Source of the DNA: Thermoanaerobaculaceae bacterium
Lineage (GTDB): Bacteria; Acidobacteriota; Thermoanaerobaculia; Multivoradales; UBA5704
Direction of reading: 5' to 3'
NCBI GenBank assembly: GCA_963778565.1
Contig: CAVZUZ010000009.1
Span: 868,418 to 932,417 of the forward strand
Length of the DNA: 64,000 nt
How positions within the stretch are numbered: the stretch's first letter is position 1; each line of letters opens with the position of its first letter. Shown one piece after another: positions 35,354-46,557 of the stretch. Made by a program: the position numbers and the translations under genes. The notes under the pieces are model-generated. The model did no database searches. It had not been told where the DNA came from and saw only the letters and a program-made list of their open reading frames with translations.

Positions 35354-36013
35354 ATGCAGTTCTTCCTCGACACCGCTGAGATGAAGGAGATCGAGACCGG
35401 CCTCGAGTGGGGCATGGTCGACGGCATCACCACCAATCCCTCGTTGATCGCGAAGTCGGGCCGGCCGTATCTGCCGACGGTGCAGGAGATCGCCAGGCTG
35501 GTGCCGGGACCTGTCTCCGGCGAGGTTCTGGCCACGGAATACGAGGAGATCCTCTTCCAAGGTCGCAAGCTCGCGGCGCTCGCCGAGAACGTGGTGGTGA
35601 AGGTGCCGCTCACGCCGGCGGGCCTGCGTTCGGTCGCGACGCTGAAGAAGGAGGGCATCCGCACCAACGTCACCCTCTGCTTCTCGGCCGCCCAGGCGCT
35701 GCTCGCCGCCAAGGCCGGCGCCGCCTACATCTCGCCGTTCGTCGGCCGGCTGGACGACGTCGCCGAGGACGGCATGGAGCTGATCGACCAGGTGGTGACG
35801 ATCTACCGCAACTACGGCTTCGACACCCAGGTGCTGGTCGCCTCGGTGCGGCATCCCATCCACGTCGTCCAATCGGCGATGCTCGGGGCAGACGTGGCCA
35901 CCGTGCCGTTCAAGGTTCTGGAACAGCTCTACAAGCACCCGCTCACCGACATGGGCCTCGACCGCTTTCTCGCCGACTGGAAGAAGACGGGCAAGAGCTT
36001 CGACGAGTCCTAG
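35354..36013 (+). CDS. fsa: Fructose-6-phosphate aldolase/transaldolase (TalC-type)
   Basis: [38 protein letters not shown]. Confidence 0.93.
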   Translation: MQFFLDTAEMKEIETGLEWGMVDGITTNPSLIAKSGRPYLPTVQEIARLVPGPVSGEVLATEYEEILFQGRKLAALAENVVVKVPLTPAGLRSVATLKKEGIRTNVTLCFSAAQALLAAKAGAAYISPFVGRLDDVAEDGMELIDQVVTIYRNYGFDTQVLVASVRHPIHVVQSAMLGADVATVPFKVLEQLYKHPLTDMGLDRFLADWKKTGKSFDES

Positions 36014-36020
36014 GCTCTGC

Positions 36021-36597
36021 TTGGAACCTCAGCCCAAGCTCTCCCCGGCGCCGGGGCAGCTCTATCGTTTCGCCTGGGGTCTCTACCTCGTCCTGGCGCT
36101 CGCCGGAGCCATCTGGATCGGTCTCCAGCGCGGGGTCATCCCGCTGGCGCTGTTCGTCGACGTGAGCCGGTGGTGGCTCGATCTCGGCTTGGGAGCGGCG
36201 ACCGGCCTTCTGCTCCTGGCCCTCTGGTGGGGAGCCGAGCGCCTGTTCCCTCTGGCGCGGGAGCTCGAGGCGCGGCTCGCCGGCGTCCTCGGCCCGCTCA
36301 CCACGGCGGAGGCGCTGGCGCTGGCCTTGCTCTCCGGCTTCGCCGAGGAGCTGTTCTTCCGGGGAGCCGTTCAGGGGAGCTCTCGGCTGGGTCGCGGCGA
36401 CCCTCCTCTTCGGCCTGCTGCACAGCGGGCCCGGCCGGGCGTTCCGGCTGTGGGCGCTCTTCGCCTTGCTCGCCGGAGGAGTCTTCGGCGGCGTCATGGC
36501 CTGGCGCGGCAACCTTCTGGGGCCGGTGCTGGGCCATTTTCTGGTCAACGCCGTCAACCTCCGGCGTCTCGCCGGCCGTCCGAGGGACTCTGCTAGA
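36021..36597 (+). CDS. CPBP (CAAX-type) intramembrane metalloprotease, frameshift near 36380
   Basis: SGFAEELFFRG, FGLLH, HFLVN motifs across two frames. Confidence 0.8.
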
Positions 36598-36639
36598 CTG
36601 CCGGAGGGCGAGGCCCGGAACGAAGAGGAGGCTTGAACG

Positions 36640-38022
36640 ATGGGAAGGGATTCGGGGGACGTGCTGGCGCGGATCGACGCGGAAAAGGAAGGCTATCTCG
36701 AGGAGCTGAAGGACTACATCCGCATTCCCTCGATTTCCACCGATCCGGATTACAAGGGCGAGGTGCTCCGCGCGGCGGAGTTCCTGCTGGAAAAGATGCG
36801 GACGGCCGGGCTTCAGGCCGAGCGGATCGAGACCGCCGGCCACCCGCTGGTCTACGGCGAGTGGCTGGGAGCGCCGGGTAAGCCGACGGTCCTCTTCTAC
36901 GGGCACTACGACGTGCAGCCGGTCGACCCGATCGAGCTGTGGCGACATCCTCCCTTCGAGCCGACGGTCGAGGGAGACAAGCTGGTGGCGCGCGGCGCGA
37001 CGGACGACAAGGGACAGTCCTATACCCACCTCAAGGCCGTGGGCGCGATGCTCGCCGAGCGCGGCAGCCTGCCGGTGAACGTCAAGTTCCTGGTCGAGGG
37101 CGAGGAGGAGGCGGGCGGCCATGCCATCGACGAGTACGTGCGCCAGGACGGCGGCAAGAAGCTCGCGGCCGATTGCGTCGTCGTCTCCGACACGTCGCTG
37201 TTTGCGCCCGGCCAGCCGTCGTTGATCTACGGCCTCAAGGGGCTGTGTTACATGGAAATCAAGGTCACCGGCCCGAACCGGGACCTGCACTCCGGCACCT
37301 TCGGCGGCGCGGTGTGGAACCCGCTCAACGCGCTCTGTCACATCATCGACCGCCTGCGCGACGCGACGACGGGCAGGATCCTGATCCCCGGCTTCTACGA
37401 CGCCGTGCGGCCCTTGGCCGCCTGGGAGCGAGAGGAGTTCGCCAAGCTGCCGTTCGACGAGGAGGCGTACCGCGAGGAGCTGGGCGTGCCGGAGCTGTTC
37501 GGCGAGGAGGGCTACACCACCCGCGAACGCACTTGGGCGCGGCCGACGTGCGACGTCAACGGCATCTTCGGCGGCTACATGGGCAAGGGGGCGAAGACGG
37601 TCCTTCCCTCGTGGGGCGGGGCCAAGGTGTCGATGCGCCTCGTGCCGGACCAGGAACCGGGAAAGATCGCGGAGCTGTTCACCTCGTATGTGCAATCCGT
37701 CGCGCCCAAGGGCGTCACAGTCGAAGTGACGAATCTCCACGGCGCGGATCCGGTGGTGGTGGAGGCCGAAGGACCCATCGTCGACGCCGCGATGGACGCC
37801 ATGGAGGAGGTCTGGGGAGCGCGGCCGGTGCGCATCCGCGAGGGCGGATCGATCCCCATCGTCTCGACGTTCTCCTCGGTTCTCAAGAGCCCGGTCCTGC
37901 TGTTGGGCTTCGGGTTGCACGACGACGGCCTGCACTCGCCGAACGAGAAGTTCAACATCAGTCATTTCTACCAAGGGATCCGATCCGTGGCGCGGCTGCT
38001 GGATCGCCTGGGCGATCTATGA
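36640..38022 (+). CDS. M20 family dipeptidase
   Basis: YGHYDVQP, RGATDDKG, EGEEE, DLHSG, GGSIP, HSPNE. Confidence 0.92.
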   Translation: MGRDSGDVLARIDAEKEGYLEELKDYIRIPSISTDPDYKGEVLRAAEFLLEKMRTAGLQAERIETAGHPLVYGEWLGAPGKPTVLFYGHYDVQPVDPIELWRHPPFEPTVEGDKLVARGATDDKGQSYTHLKAVGAMLAERGSLPVNVKFLVEGEEEAGGHAIDEYVRQDGGKKLAADCVVVSDTSLFAPGQPSLIYGLKGLCYMEIKVTGPNRDLHSGTFGGAVWNPLNALCHIIDRLRDATTGRILIPGFYDAVRPLAAWEREEFAKLPFDEEAYREELGVPELFGEEGYTTRERTWARPTCDVNGIFGGYMGKGAKTVLPSWGGAKVSMRLVPDQEPGKIAELFTSYVQSVAPKGVTVEVTNLHGADPVVVEAEGPIVDAAMDAMEEVWGARPVRIREGGSIPIVSTFSSVLKSPVLLLGFGLHDDGLHSPNEKFNISHFYQGIRSVARLLDRLGDL

Positions 38023-38569
38023 GGAGTAAGGACGGTCTGGAGCGGGAGCTCAAGTTTCCCGGGGCGGGCTCGACAAGCTGCGGCAGCGGCTGCTCGAGCT
38101 GGAGGCCGAGCGGGTCGGCCCGGGGGCCTTCGAGGACAACTGGATTCTGGATCGCGGCACCGAGCTGATCTCCTCGGGCCATATCCTGCGCCTGCGCACG
38201 GATGGCGCCCGGGCCCGGCTGACTTTCAAGGGGCCGATGCGGCTCGAAGGCAACGTCAAGGTGCGCGAGGAGCGTGAGGTGGGCATCGAGAACGCCGAGG
38301 AAGCGCGGGCGCTCTTCGAAAACCTGGGATACCAGGTCGTGCGGCGATACCAGAAGGTCCGCGAGGAGTGGCAGCTCGGCGGCGTGACGATCGCCCTCGA
38401 TCACACGCCGATCGGCGACTTCGCCGAGTTCGAGGGGGATGGCGCCGAAACCGTGGCGAAGCGCTGCGGCTTCGATCTCCAGAAGGCCGAGCGCCGGTCC
38501 TATCTGCGTCTGTACGAAGATCACCTGAAAGAGCACCCGGACTCTCCTCCCGAGATGGTGTTCCGGTAG
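38019..38569 (+). CDS. CYTH-domain protein (class IV adenylate cyclase-like), frameshift near 38065
   Basis: ERELKF (ExExK), LRLR, LTFKGP, YQKVREEW, FAEFEG, SYL. Confidence 0.8.
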
Positions 38570-38598
38570 GCCCCCTTCCCGTCCACGCTCGGCGAGTC

Positions 38599-39654
38599 AT
38601 GCAGGCTAAGCGGATCCGGGCGCTGGTGCTGGCGGCCGGCCTGGGCACGCGGCTGCGACCGCTGACCGATACCACCCCCAAGCCGCTGCTGCCGGTCCGA
38701 GGCGTGCCCATCCTCGGCCATACGCTGGCGCAGCTCGCGGCCGTCGGCTGCGAGGCGGCGGCGGTCAATCTCCATCACCTGGGAGACCAGATCCGGCAGC
38801 GCTTCGGCGACGCCCATGGCGGCATGCCGCTCACCTGGTCGGAGGAGCCCGAGCTGCTCGGCACGCTGGGAGCGCTCCATCCCCTGCAGGAGTTTCTCGC
38901 GCAAGCCGATCTCGTGCTGCTCATCAACGGCGACAGCTTGTGCCGGTGGCCGCTGCGCAGGCTGATTCGCAGGCACCTCGCGGGCGGCGCCCATGCGACC
39001 CTGCTGCTGACCTCGCGGCCGGATCCGGCGGCGTTCGGAGGCGGCGTCGGCATCGATCGCGTCGGGCGGATCCTCTCCTTCCGGCCGGGCGATCCCGAGC
39101 GGGGCGAGGTCGTCCGGAGATACGTCTTCGCCGGAGCGCACGTGTTTTCTCCTCGCCTGCTCTCCCGGGTCGGACCCGGCAAGGCCGACAGCGTGCGCGA
39201 CCTCTACATGCCGATGCTGGAGGAAGGGGAGCTCATCGACGCGCTCGTCGACGGGGGGCGCTGGCACGATCTGGGAACGCCGCAGCGCTTCCTGGAAGGC
39301 GTCCTCGACTGGGCTCGGGCCGACTGGCCGGAACGGCTCTGGCGACGGTCGTGGATCTCCCCGAAGGCGCACCAGGGGTCGAGGGTGAAGGTCAAGCGGT
39401 CGGCGATCGAGCCCGGGGTGCGGCTGGGCGAGGGAGCGCGGATCGAGCGGTCGGTACTGTTCCCGGGAGCGCGGATCGGCAGGGGATGCGTCGTTCGCGA
39501 GGCGATCATCGGCTCCGGCGCCTCGGTGCCCCCCGGCACCTGGGTGGAGCGGCGGATCATCATGCCTCAGCGCGCGGGCTTCTCTCCCGGGCTCGACGAC
39601 TCCGTCGTCGGCGGCGCGGTCTATACGCCTTTCGGGCGCGATGGCGAAGGTTGA
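38599..39654 (+). CDS. NDP-sugar pyrophosphorylase family nucleotidyltransferase
   Basis: LAAGLGTRLRPLT..PKPLLP, NGD, WHDLGTP, hexapeptide tail. Confidence 0.88.
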   Translation: MQAKRIRALVLAAGLGTRLRPLTDTTPKPLLPVRGVPILGHTLAQLAAVGCEAAAVNLHHLGDQIRQRFGDAHGGMPLTWSEEPELLGTLGALHPLQEFLAQADLVLLINGDSLCRWPLRRLIRRHLAGGAHATLLLTSRPDPAAFGGGVGIDRVGRILSFRPGDPERGEVVRRYVFAGAHVFSPRLLSRVGPGKADSVRDLYMPMLEEGELIDALVDGGRWHDLGTPQRFLEGVLDWARADWPERLWRRSWISPKAHQGSRVKVKRSAIEPGVRLGEGARIERSVLFPGARIGRGCVVREAIIGSGASVPPGTWVERRIIMPQRAGFSPGLDDSVVGGAVYTPFGRDGEG

Positions 39655-39714
39655 ACGGGCGGCGTCCGTCTGTCATCATGCGCCATCCTGGCCACGCCCG
39701 TTGCGAGCTCCCCC

Positions 39715-40398
39715 ATGATGCCGGCTGACGCAAAAGACTTCCGCCTCCTCGTCTTCGATTGGGATGGAACCCTGATGGACTCCATCGGTACGATCGTGGC
39801 CTGCACCCAGGCTGCGGTCCGGGAGCTCGGGCTGCGGGAGATGTCCGACGAGACGATCCGGGGCACCATCGGTCTCGGGCTGCGGGAGACGATCGAGGTG
39901 CTGAGCCCGGGCAGCGACGAGGCGACGTTCGGCAGGATCCTCGAGTGCTACCGCAAGCATTGGGCCGCCACCTTCCGCGACATGCCGCTGCTGTTTGCCG
40001 GCGTCGGCGAGATGCTGCAGGACTTCGCCGAAGAGGGGTACCTGCTGGCGGTGGCCACCGGCAAGAGCCGGCGGGGTCTGGACTATGCCCTCGATCAGAC
40101 CGGGCTGCGCGAGCTCTTCCACGCGACGAGGACCGCCGACGAGGCTTTCTCGAAGCCCCACCCCCAGATGCTGCTCGATATCCTGGATGCGCTGGGGATG
40201 GCGGCCGGAGACGCCGTGATGATCGGCGACACGACCTACGACCTGGAGATGGCGAGAAGCGCGCGGATGGCCGCCGTGGGTGTCTGCTCCGGCGGGCACG
40301 GCCGCGAGGAGCTGGAGGGGCTCGGCCCGCTCGCCTGCCTGGACCAGGTCGTCGACCTGGCGCCGTGGCTGGCGAAGCGGGCCGCGGTTACGGTTTAG
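39715..40398 (+). CDS. HAD-IA family phosphatase
   Basis: FDWDGTLMDS, ATGK, SKPHP, IGDTTYD. Confidence 0.9.
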   Translation: MMPADAKDFRLLVFDWDGTLMDSIGTIVACTQAAVRELGLREMSDETIRGTIGLGLRETIEVLSPGSDEATFGRILECYRKHWAATFRDMPLLFAGVGEMLQDFAEEGYLLAVATGKSRRGLDYALDQTGLRELFHATRTADEAFSKPHPQMLLDILDALGMAAGDAVMIGDTTYDLEMARSARMAAVGVCSGGHGREELEGLGPLACLDQVVDLAPWLAKRAAVTV

Positions 40399-40404
40399 GG
40401 ACCC

Positions 40405-41267
40405 TTACTTTTTCCAGTCCGCTACCAGCCCTTCCAGCTCCTTGACCTGCTGCGGGTTGGGAGCCGGCTGTGCCGTTTTGGCGACCGCCAGGGCCTTCTC
40501 GCCGTAGGTTACAGCGCTCTTGACGTCGTTTTTCTTGGCGAGCAGCATGGCCTTGGCGCGCAGGTTGGAGAAGGTCTCCTGCAGCGCGATCGAGGCGTCG
40601 AGCCAGCGACCGGCCTCGTCGAGGCAGGTGTTGTTCTGGATGCAGTAGTTGGCCGCCTGCAGCGGAGTCTGCCAGCGCACGGCTTCCTTGGCCTTCGCCA
40701 GCGCCAGAAGCCGGGGTGTCCACCGTGAGGTTGAAGGGCACTCGGAGCTTCTCCCAGCGCAGCACGACTTTGGAGGAGACGTCCGTGGTGTCCTCGAAAG
40801 TGAAGGCCATCCGCTCCAGGGAATCTGCGACCGTCTCGGGTTTCACCTGGACGCGCAGGGCGTCGTCCTCCGGCTTGTAGTTGAAGGCCCCCCAGAGATC
40901 GGCGTCCTTGCTGAAGATGACCGTCCAGTCGCCGGAGGTGGGGATGGTCTGCAGACCGTAGGTGCCGGCGGGCAGCTCTTGCTCTTCGACTTTGACCGGG
41001 GTGCTGAAGGTGATCGTCGTGTTCTCGTTGGCTCCCGTGCGCCACACCTCGCCGAAGGGGACGAGCTTCGCCCCAGATCTTGCGGCCCTTCACTCCCGGG
41101 CTGCTGTACTGGATGGAGACCTTGGTGACTCCCACCACCTGGGAGACGGTGGCATTGGGGCTGGGCCGCGGCAGATCGAGCTGCTGCGCCAGCGCGGCGC
41201 CAGCGGCGAGGTTCAGGGCGATGAGGCTGGCGGCCGGCAGGGCCGCGCGAAGTCGAAGCGTTGTCAA
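40405..41267 (-). CDS. DUF2911 domain exported protein (two frameshifts)
   Basis: LPRPSP...YSSPGVKGRKIWG, WRTGANE, AGTY, C-terminal TPR-like part. Confidence 0.82.
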
Positions 41268-41363
41268 GTCGGCTCCTCCTTTCCAAGGGATTCGAATCGT
41301 CAGGCAGGGACGAACTCTAGCAGAGCGAAATTTCCGGCGAAGTAACCTTCTTGTAAAAGGGGC

Positions 41364-42500
41364 TTACCCATAGCCGCCGGCGCTTTCCTGGACGGGCTCG
41401 GCCTTCTTCGCCTCGGCGCGCCGCCGCGACTCGGCCGCCTCTGCGCGCGCCCGCGCGTCGTCCCATTCCGCGGCGGGCACCACCCACCCGTGGAGGTTGC
41501 GGAGGAGGAGGTCGGCGATGACGCGGATGTGATCCGGCCGGTCGTTGAGCGCGGGAATGTAGCGGTAGCGCTCGCCTCCGGCGTGCAGGAAGATCTCGCG
41601 GTTCTGCTCGTCGATCTCCTCGATCGTCTCCAGACAGTCGGCGGAGAAGCCGGGACAAACGACGTCGAGATTGCGGACGCCCGACGTCGCCATCGCCGTG
41701 ATCGTCTTGTCGGTGTAGGGCTTGAGCCACTCTTCCTTGCCGAACAGCGACTGGAACGAGACCTCCCACCGTTCGCCAGGGAGCCGCAGCTCCTCGGCGG
41801 TGAGGCGGGCGAGCTTATGGCACTCGCAGAAGTACGGGTCACCCGCCAGAAAGTACCGCTTCGGGATGCCATGGAAGGAGAAGAGCAGCTTCTCCGGCAG
41901 GCCCTCCCGCTCCCAGACCTCGCGGATGCTCGCCGCGAGAGCCCGGATGTAGGAGGGATCGTCGTGGTAGTGATGGATCGTGCGGATCTCCGGCACCCAC
42001 CGCCAGGTCCTCAGCTCGGCGGCCACCGCATCGATCGTCGAGCCGGTCGTCACCGCCGCGTACTGCGGGTAGAGCGGCAGCACCAGGATGCGCCGGCAGC
42101 CGTGGCCGGCGAGCTCGCGCAAGGCGCATCGGATCGAAGGATTGCCGTACCGCATGCCGGTCGCAACGTGGACCGGCGTGCCGATCTCCCGCCGCAGTAC
42201 CTCTTGCAGCGCCGCGGCCTGGCGCCTGGTGATGACGAGGAGGGGAGAGCCCTCCGGGAGCCAGACCTTCCTGTAGAGGGCCGCCGATTTGGGTGGCCGG
42301 GTGGTGAGCACGAACAGATGGAGGATCACCCACCAGAGCGGTCGCGGCAGCTCGATGACGCGCGGATCGAGCAGGAACTCGCGGAGATAGCGGCGCAGCG
42401 ACGGCGTGTCCGGCGCGTCGGGCGTCCCCAGGTTCGCCAGGAGGACGCCCACGGCCGGGATCTCCGCGTGCGGGAAATCGGGTTGTCCGAAATACTTCAT
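41364..42500 (-). CDS. hemH: Ferrochelatase
   Basis: NLGTP, MRYGNP, PLYPQY, FSFHGIP, WLKPYT, GFSADCLETIEEI. Confidence 0.95.
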   Translation of the reverse strand: MKYFGQPDFPHAEIPAVGVLLANLGTPDAPDTPSLRRYLREFLLDPRVIELPRPLWWVILHLFVLTTRPPKSAALYRKVWLPEGSPLLVITRRQAAALQEVLRREIGTPVHVATGMRYGNPSIRCALRELAGHGCRRILVLPLYPQYAAVTTGSTIDAVAAELRTWRWVPEIRTIHHYHDDPSYIRALAASIREVWEREGLPEKLLFSFHGIPKRYFLAGDPYFCECHKLARLTAEELRLPGERWEVSFQSLFGKEEWLKPYTDKTITAMATSGVRNLDVVCPGFSADCLETIEEIDEQNREIFLHAGGERYRYIPALNDRPDHIRVIADLLLRNLHGWVVPAAEWDDARARAEAAESRRRAEAKKAEPVQESAGGYG

Positions 42501-43225
42501 GCAGAGGGAGTTTACCCGGGGGGCAGACGAAGCCAGGACAGAGAATGGCGGGAGGAGGCCGGCACAAGCGTGGAGAGGGGCCAATACAAGGGCCGGAAGC
42601 CGATGGGATAACCCCGGGCGATGGCGAGAATCGCATGCGGCGCAGCGGTGAAGCACGCACACGAAGGAAAAGGTCAGCAGCAGCGATCGGCAAGCAGGCC
42701 ACCGGCCGCCGCGAGCGCGGCGCGAGAAGCGCAAGGAGCGAAAGAGATCTCGGCAGCGGGCCGCGACCTCGCGGCTGCAAGCGCAGAAGCGGACAAGATC
42801 AAGCAACCGATGTCTGCATGAAGATGTCGGAAGTCGAAGCATCAAAGGCCAATCGCGACGGAGGCGCGCCGCACGTTCGGAATCGCCACCGGATGAGACG
42901 GCAGCTCGTGCAAGAATGGCGCAACCTCGTCGCAAGAGCGCTCCCCGAGGGCGGAATAGCGAGAGGAGCGAGCGCAGCAGGCACGCGTGAACAGCAAGAT
43001 CGACAGCAAGGACTCAGGGTCAGGTCAAGGATGAGCAGGCTTCATACCTCTGATGAAACGCGTGGAGACACTACATCGGCATCTCGAAAGAGCTGGAGCG
43101 CAGGATGTACCCAACCGCCTCTGCGATCTCGAAATAATCCCGCATGGACACGTTCAAGAGTTCCGATTGTCTCAATCAGCTATCATAATCAGGTTGCAGA
43201 GACCAGGCCTTTTCTTTTGCTTGAA

Positions 43226-44508
43226 CTAGGCGATGCAGAGATAACCTCGAGGTCGGGAGTTTCGAGATCTGACATCGGATCCCGCCGCGCTCGAGCTGCG
43301 TCGGCCGCGGTACGCGAGCAGCCCGAACACCTCCCCCACCTGCTCCCAGCCCACCCGCATCAGGAAGGTGTTGTTCCTGCCGTAGGACTTGGCCCCGAGG
43401 ATGAAGAAGTTCGGCTCGGGATTGGTCAAGGTCTCCGGGCCGTGGGTAGTCTGCGTCAGGCAGTCCGCGCTCCCGGCGCCGAGGATGGCCGCCGAGAGCT
43501 TGATGGGTCCGCAGGTGGCATAGCACTCGTGGACCTGGAGCTGGCGGTACAGGCCGTGATCGCCGACGGAGCCGGTCAGCGAGAGGACGCGGTCGACGGT
43601 AATCCGCTCGCCGGCGCCCTTCCTCAGCACGACCTCGAAGCGGCCGTTCGATTTCGAGATCTCCTCGACGACCGCGCCGCGCCGGGTCTTTACGGCCGGC
43701 GAGGAGCCCGCCGCGAGCGACGCGGCCTCGGCGGCGAGACCTGATCGCTCGGGCAGGGGATCGCCCGCGTGGGTGCCCCAATCCGGCTCCGGGTTGCGCA
43801 GCAGCCAGATCACCTCGGTGCCCGGCGCGTCCTGCGCCAACCGGGCAAGCTCGCGCACCGCAGTTTGCGCAGAGTGGCCGGCGCCGGCTACGAGCACGGT
43901 CCTGCCGGACCACTCGCGGCCTCACGGCCGAGGTCGGGTATGTCGCGCCGGATTTCGCTCCCCATGGCCCGCTCGCCCGGAGCGGGTATGCCGCCGTCGC
44001 CGAGCGTGTTCGGGTTTTCCCAGGTGCCGGTCGCGTCGATCACGATCGCGGCGGTCTCCGCCCACTCGCGGCCGGAGCCGTCGGAAAGGAGAAGGCGGAA
44101 AGGACGCCGGCCGCGCTCGGCCGTCGCGATCTCCTCGTGCTTGAGCAGTCCCTGACGGCCGATGGAGAGCACGCGGGTGCCCAGCCGCAGGTTCGGGGCG
44201 ATCTGCGGCAAGGCGGCGAGCGGCTCGAACAGGCGCGCGGCGAGATCGTGGCCGGTAGGGCACTCCGCGCCTTCGGGCACCTCACTTCCGGAAGCCTCCA
44301 GGTGGCGCCGCATGCGGGGAGAGACGTTCATCTCCCAGGGAGTGAAGAGGCGGACGTGGCCCCAGGCGCGCACGTTGCCGGCGACGACGGGAGCCGCCTC
44401 GTAGAGGGTGAACGGAAAGCCTCCTTCGGCGGCCGCGAGGGCGGCTTCGAGGCCGGTGGGACCGGCTCCCAGGATGGCGATGCGTGGTCTGGCGTCGGAC
44501 ATACTCAT
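43226..44508 (-). CDS. FAD/NAD(P)-dependent oxidoreductase (flavoprotein monooxygenase-like), frameshift near 43910
   Basis: GAGPTG FAD motif, WGHVRLFTPW, DATG, GAGHSA, HECYAT, DCL, GAKSYGR..FLMRVG.EQV. Confidence 0.8.
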
Positions 44509-44517
44509 CTCCTTCGA

Positions 44518-45525
44518 TCAGAAGCGGGAAGCCGCCCGCTCGCGCGCGGGCAGGATCTCCAGGCAGGTGGTCCACCAGCCGGTCAGGATCGTCTCGACGA
44601 ACTCTTCGGGCAGACCCTCGCGCCGCATCTCGGCGGCGAGGGCCTGGTGATCGTAGGGGAGCGGCACCAGCTCGACCCCGAGGCCCTCGGCGCGAGCCTC
44701 CACGATGGCGTACCAGACATGGGTGTTGCCGTCGTTGGCCGGCCGCCCGATCACGCCGACGTTGGCCACGTCGCGGCCCGAGGACAGGCGCCGGTGCCAG
44801 TGCAGGCCGGTATGGGTGCAAAGGATGGCGTCGCAGCGGTTCTGGTCGAGCAGCACCTCCAGGAACGGCACGGGCGAGGTGCTGCGGAAGAGGAACTCGT
44901 TGACCCTGCGGGGCGAGCCGTGGACGAGCAGCAGCTCGCGGTCTCCCACCCTTACGCGCCGCCGTTTCGGGAACGTGCCGAGCCAGGCTTTGAGCTCCGG
45001 GGAACAGTTCCGCGCGGTGTAGCCGTAGGAAATCGCGGCGAAATGGTTGTCGCGCGGGTCGGTGTAGCCGCAGTTGCAGTCCTCGCGGCCGGAGGCGAGC
45101 GACTCCTCGTAGTTGCCCTGGATCGCGAGCACGCCTCCCTGGGTGAAGAGGGGCCGGACCTTTTCGGGGTTGGGTCCGAAGCCGCCGAGGTCGCCCAGGC
45201 AGTAGATGGCCTCGGCGCCGCGGCGGCCGGCGTCCTCCAGCAGCTCGGTCAAGGCAAGGTGGTTGTTGTAGACGCCGCCGAAGACGGCGATCCGGGAGTA
45301 GGGGCCCTCGACGGGAATCGAATCCTCCAGGCCGGCTCGGTAGGAGCGCAACGCCGCCGCGCGCTCCTCCGGGGCGAGGCGCAAGCCCGCGCCGGCGGCG
45401 GCCTCGCGGAACAGGGAGAGGGGCACCAGCTTCTCGCCCCAGGTGGCCATGCCGCGGTGAGCGGTCAGCTTGGTCCTGGCGTGGCGTTCCTGCTCGGCGA
45501 CATCCCTGGGCGGCCGGTGGGACAT
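44518..45525 (-). CDS. Metallophosphoesterase family protein
   Basis: CLGDLGG, QGNYE, VHGSPR, THTG, NVG..GRP; Cys motif DCNCGY. Confidence 0.8.
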   Translation of the reverse strand: MSHRPPRDVAEQERHARTKLTAHRGMATWGEKLVPLSLFREAAAGAGLRLAPEERAAALRSYRAGLEDSIPVEGPYSRIAVFGGVYNNHLALTELLEDAGRRGAEAIYCLGDLGGFGPNPEKVRPLFTQGGVLAIQGNYEESLASGREDCNCGYTDPRDNHFAAISYGYTARNCSPELKAWLGTFPKRRRVRVGDRELLLVHGSPRRVNEFLFRSTSPVPFLEVLLDQNRCDAILCTHTGLHWHRRLSSGRDVANVGVIGRPANDGNTHVWYAIVEARAEGLGVELVPLPYDHQALAAEMRREGLPEEFVETILTGWWTTCLEILPARERAASRF

Positions 45526-45539
45526 GGCGTCGCCTTTCC

Positions 45540-46421
45540 TCAGGTCCGGCAGCTCACGCCGTAAGCGTGGCAGGTCCAGCAGGCGGCATGTTCCAGGGGA
45601 AACGAGCCGAGGGTGTCCGCGAGCGTCTCGCCCATCTTGGCCGACGGCTCGTTGACCAGGATGGGGCACACCCAGACTCCCTGGCCGGTCGCCATGCGGC
45701 AGGCGCTGCACTGCAGGTGGTCCCATCCACTCTCGGGAGCGTCGACTTCGCGGAGCCGCTGCCAGCTCTCGTAGGCGCCGCCGCGCTCAGCCGCCGCGCC
45801 GATCTGGAAGACGGGAAGGATCTTGAGCCGCGGCCGCTCGATGCCCATCGATCGCAGCAGAGCGAAGAACCTCTCCTTCCCCGCGTCGGTCGCCGCCTCG
45901 CGGCAGACCTCGGTGACCGTGATCACCGGGTTGAGCCCGGCCGCGGCGAGATTGCGGATGCCGGCGAGAATGCTCCCAAAGGTGCCCTCGCCGCGAATGG
46001 GGTCGTTGCTCTCGGCGTCGTAGCCGTCGAGGGAGACGCGGAAGTCGAGCGAATAGTCGGAAGCGTCCACCAGCGACTTGAGCCGCGCGCAGCGGGCGGC
46101 GTCGAGCAGCAGGCCGTTGGTGAGCACCGTAGCGGGGCCGACGGCCAGCGTCGCCTCCAGGATGGCTTCCATCTCGGGGTTGAGGAACGGCTCGCCGCCG
46201 GTGAAGTAGTACTCGCGCACCCCGAGCCGGACCGCCTCGTCCAGATAGCGGCCAACCTCGGCCAGCGACATCAGCTCGTGCGTGTGATTGGTGGGTGAGC
46301 AGGAGACGAAACAGTGGGTGCAGGCCAGATTGCAGATCGTCCCGCCCACCTGGAACCAGAGGGTGTCGAGCGACTTCAGGGAAACGCGCGGGACGCCGGT
46401 CTCCGCTTCTGTCAAAGGCAT
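45540..46421 (-). CDS. Radical SAM protein
   Basis: CNLACTHC, FTGGEP, SLDG, C-terminal Cys cluster (CSAC, CP, CWTC, SC). Confidence 0.88.
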   Translation of the reverse strand: MPLTEAETGVPRVSLKSLDTLWFQVGGTICNLACTHCFVSCSPTNHTHELMSLAEVGRYLDEAVRLGVREYYFTGGEPFLNPEMEAILEATLAVGPATVLTNGLLLDAARCARLKSLVDASDYSLDFRVSLDGYDAESNDPIRGEGTFGSILAGIRNLAAAGLNPVITVTEVCREAATDAGKERFFALLRSMGIERPRLKILPVFQIGAAAERGGAYESWQRLREVDAPESGWDHLQCSACRMATGQGVWVCPILVNEPSAKMGETLADTLGSFPLEHAACWTCHAYGVSCRT

Positions 46422-46557
46422 CGCTGCTGGGCCATGGGGTTCAACATCGTATACGGCTGCCGCGTTCCGAACGGATGAGTGAGATCTTGCCGAGAGTCTA
46501 CACGAAGGGCGTGATGGTTCAATCGGCCTTGCGGAGCTGCGCTATGATCGCCGGATC

